A stretch of 62,802 nucleotides of DNA, filler included, from Dugesia japonica (taxonomy: Eukaryota), in assembly GCA_001938525.1 (NCBI GenBank). It is 6 parts of 6 records of this genome, joined end to end, with 100 filler letters (N's around TTAATTAATTAA, not from the genome) between each part and the next. Parts side by side here need not be neighbours in the genome. Positions count along the whole stretch, not along the records: positions 53,667 to 62,802 come from MQRL01555929.1; 5 more parts are not named here. The stretch is one strand, 5' to 3'. This document shows positions 61,621 through 62,802 of this stretch, piece after piece (the first letter of the stretch is position 1; each line of letters begins with the position of its first letter). Position numbers and translations under genes: made by a program. The notes beneath the pieces are model-generated. The model was given only the letters and a program-made list of their open reading frames with translations. It searched no databases and had not been told where the DNA came from.

Positions 61621-62802
61621 TCACCATATGGTTTCTGTGAATTACGATATAAATTTAATATTATTAAATAGATCCATGACTCTAGTTTTATTATTCAAAG
61701 TGCAAACTTCGAGGAGTTTTGTCAATAAAAATTGATACTCTAATTTAATTGTAGAAAACTTAACATACAAAACAAAATTATTATGAACCTGAATAATAAT
61801 TTAAATGACGGAAACATTATTAAAGATCCACATAAATCTAATAAAATCAATGATATTTGTTGTTTTAAATATTCATTTTTCCGAGAGCTTTAAATATTTA
61901 CAATTGGTTTGCTATAATGTACTGTAAGTCCACCAAATTTTAAATTTGTGTCTCGCTCTTTAAAATAATACGTGCGTTTAATAATTAACAACTTTAAATA
62001 TAATATAAATACATTTTTTATACAAATAAATCTAAGAATAAATATTTTAATACTAGTAATGTTTATTAATTTTATTTATAAACTAATTTATATTTACTGT
62101 CAAATAATATTTCTCTCTCTACATTATGTTTTGTAATAATTATTGATCTTTTATTACAAATATTATTTTTCGTTTGAAGTATTTTCTCTTTATTCTTTCT
62201 GTTTTTATTTCCCAGTCTATCAAACACACTTTTCTTTTTATTTTCTGAACTATCTTTATTATTTCTATAAATAATATTTATATTTCTTTACCTCTAGAAT
62301 TATTTCTCGATATTTCAAAATTTCTTTTAATACGCAATCTTTCGAATACATTTCTTTTTTCGTTGTTTATATCATGTTTGATTATTGCAAACTTATCAAT
62401 AATTTGTTTCAATGTAATTTGTCTTACCGTTTCGTTTTTTTGTAATAATATTTAAATTTTGATTTTCTTTAAATGCATACATTTTATCGATTTTAATAGG
62501 ATTTAGAATAGATTTCTTCAATATTGATTTTTGAATATATTTATTGTTTTCATTAATTTCTTTTTTGTCATGATTTTTAATAATAGCATTTGATTGAATT
62601 TGAATATTTTGATAACATTTTAATATTTTATTATTTTGATTTGATATTGATGTTGATTCTTTCGATAAATTATCATTAGATTGTTTTTAATTAGATATAT
62701 TATTAACCATAAATTTTAACAAATCAACAAATAACGGTAATCTTTTTAAATAAATAACTGACAACCATTTTTTAAAATATTTATTTGCTATCAATTTCGA
62801 CA

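Noticed and set aside
61860-62802. Possible Helitron/PIF1 helicase relic (NLKFGGLTV, minus strand)
   Set aside because: A single short motif in very AT-rich sequence; flanking helicase motifs not recoverable.

Overview
Very AT-rich animal genomic DNA with short (~45-55 bp) and long TE-filled spliceosomal introns. It resembles a flatworm/planarian genome, but that is inference only. The window is not contiguous: five artificial N-TTAATTAATTAA-N linkers join six unrelated scaffolds (1-9421, 9522-23887, 23988-32315, 32416-42030, 42131-53566, 53666-62802). Three partial host genes are visible: an FHIP/FAM160-family gene (minus, 5 exons), the last exon of methylmalonyl-CoA mutase, and the tandem CH-domain start of a nesprin/calmin-like gene (7 exons). 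Most of the rest is mobile DNA: DD37D-like and cecropia-type mariners, hATs, MITEs, Gypsy gag/protease/pol relics, a Penelope-like relic, and several Polinton/Maverick (adintovirus-like) insertions. Highlight 1: a 4,025-bp TGTTGGG...CCCAACA element with a perfect 4-bp TSD. It carries no recognisable transposition gene but has a spliced coiled-coil gene. A diverged relative on another scaffold shares the exon phase and a covarying subterminal hairpin. Highlight 2: a relatively young adintovirus-like element encoding capsid, a zinc finger-PLA2-integrase fusion and a packaging ATPase. Its left end can be mapped to the base because an apparent empty-site copy is assembled next to it.
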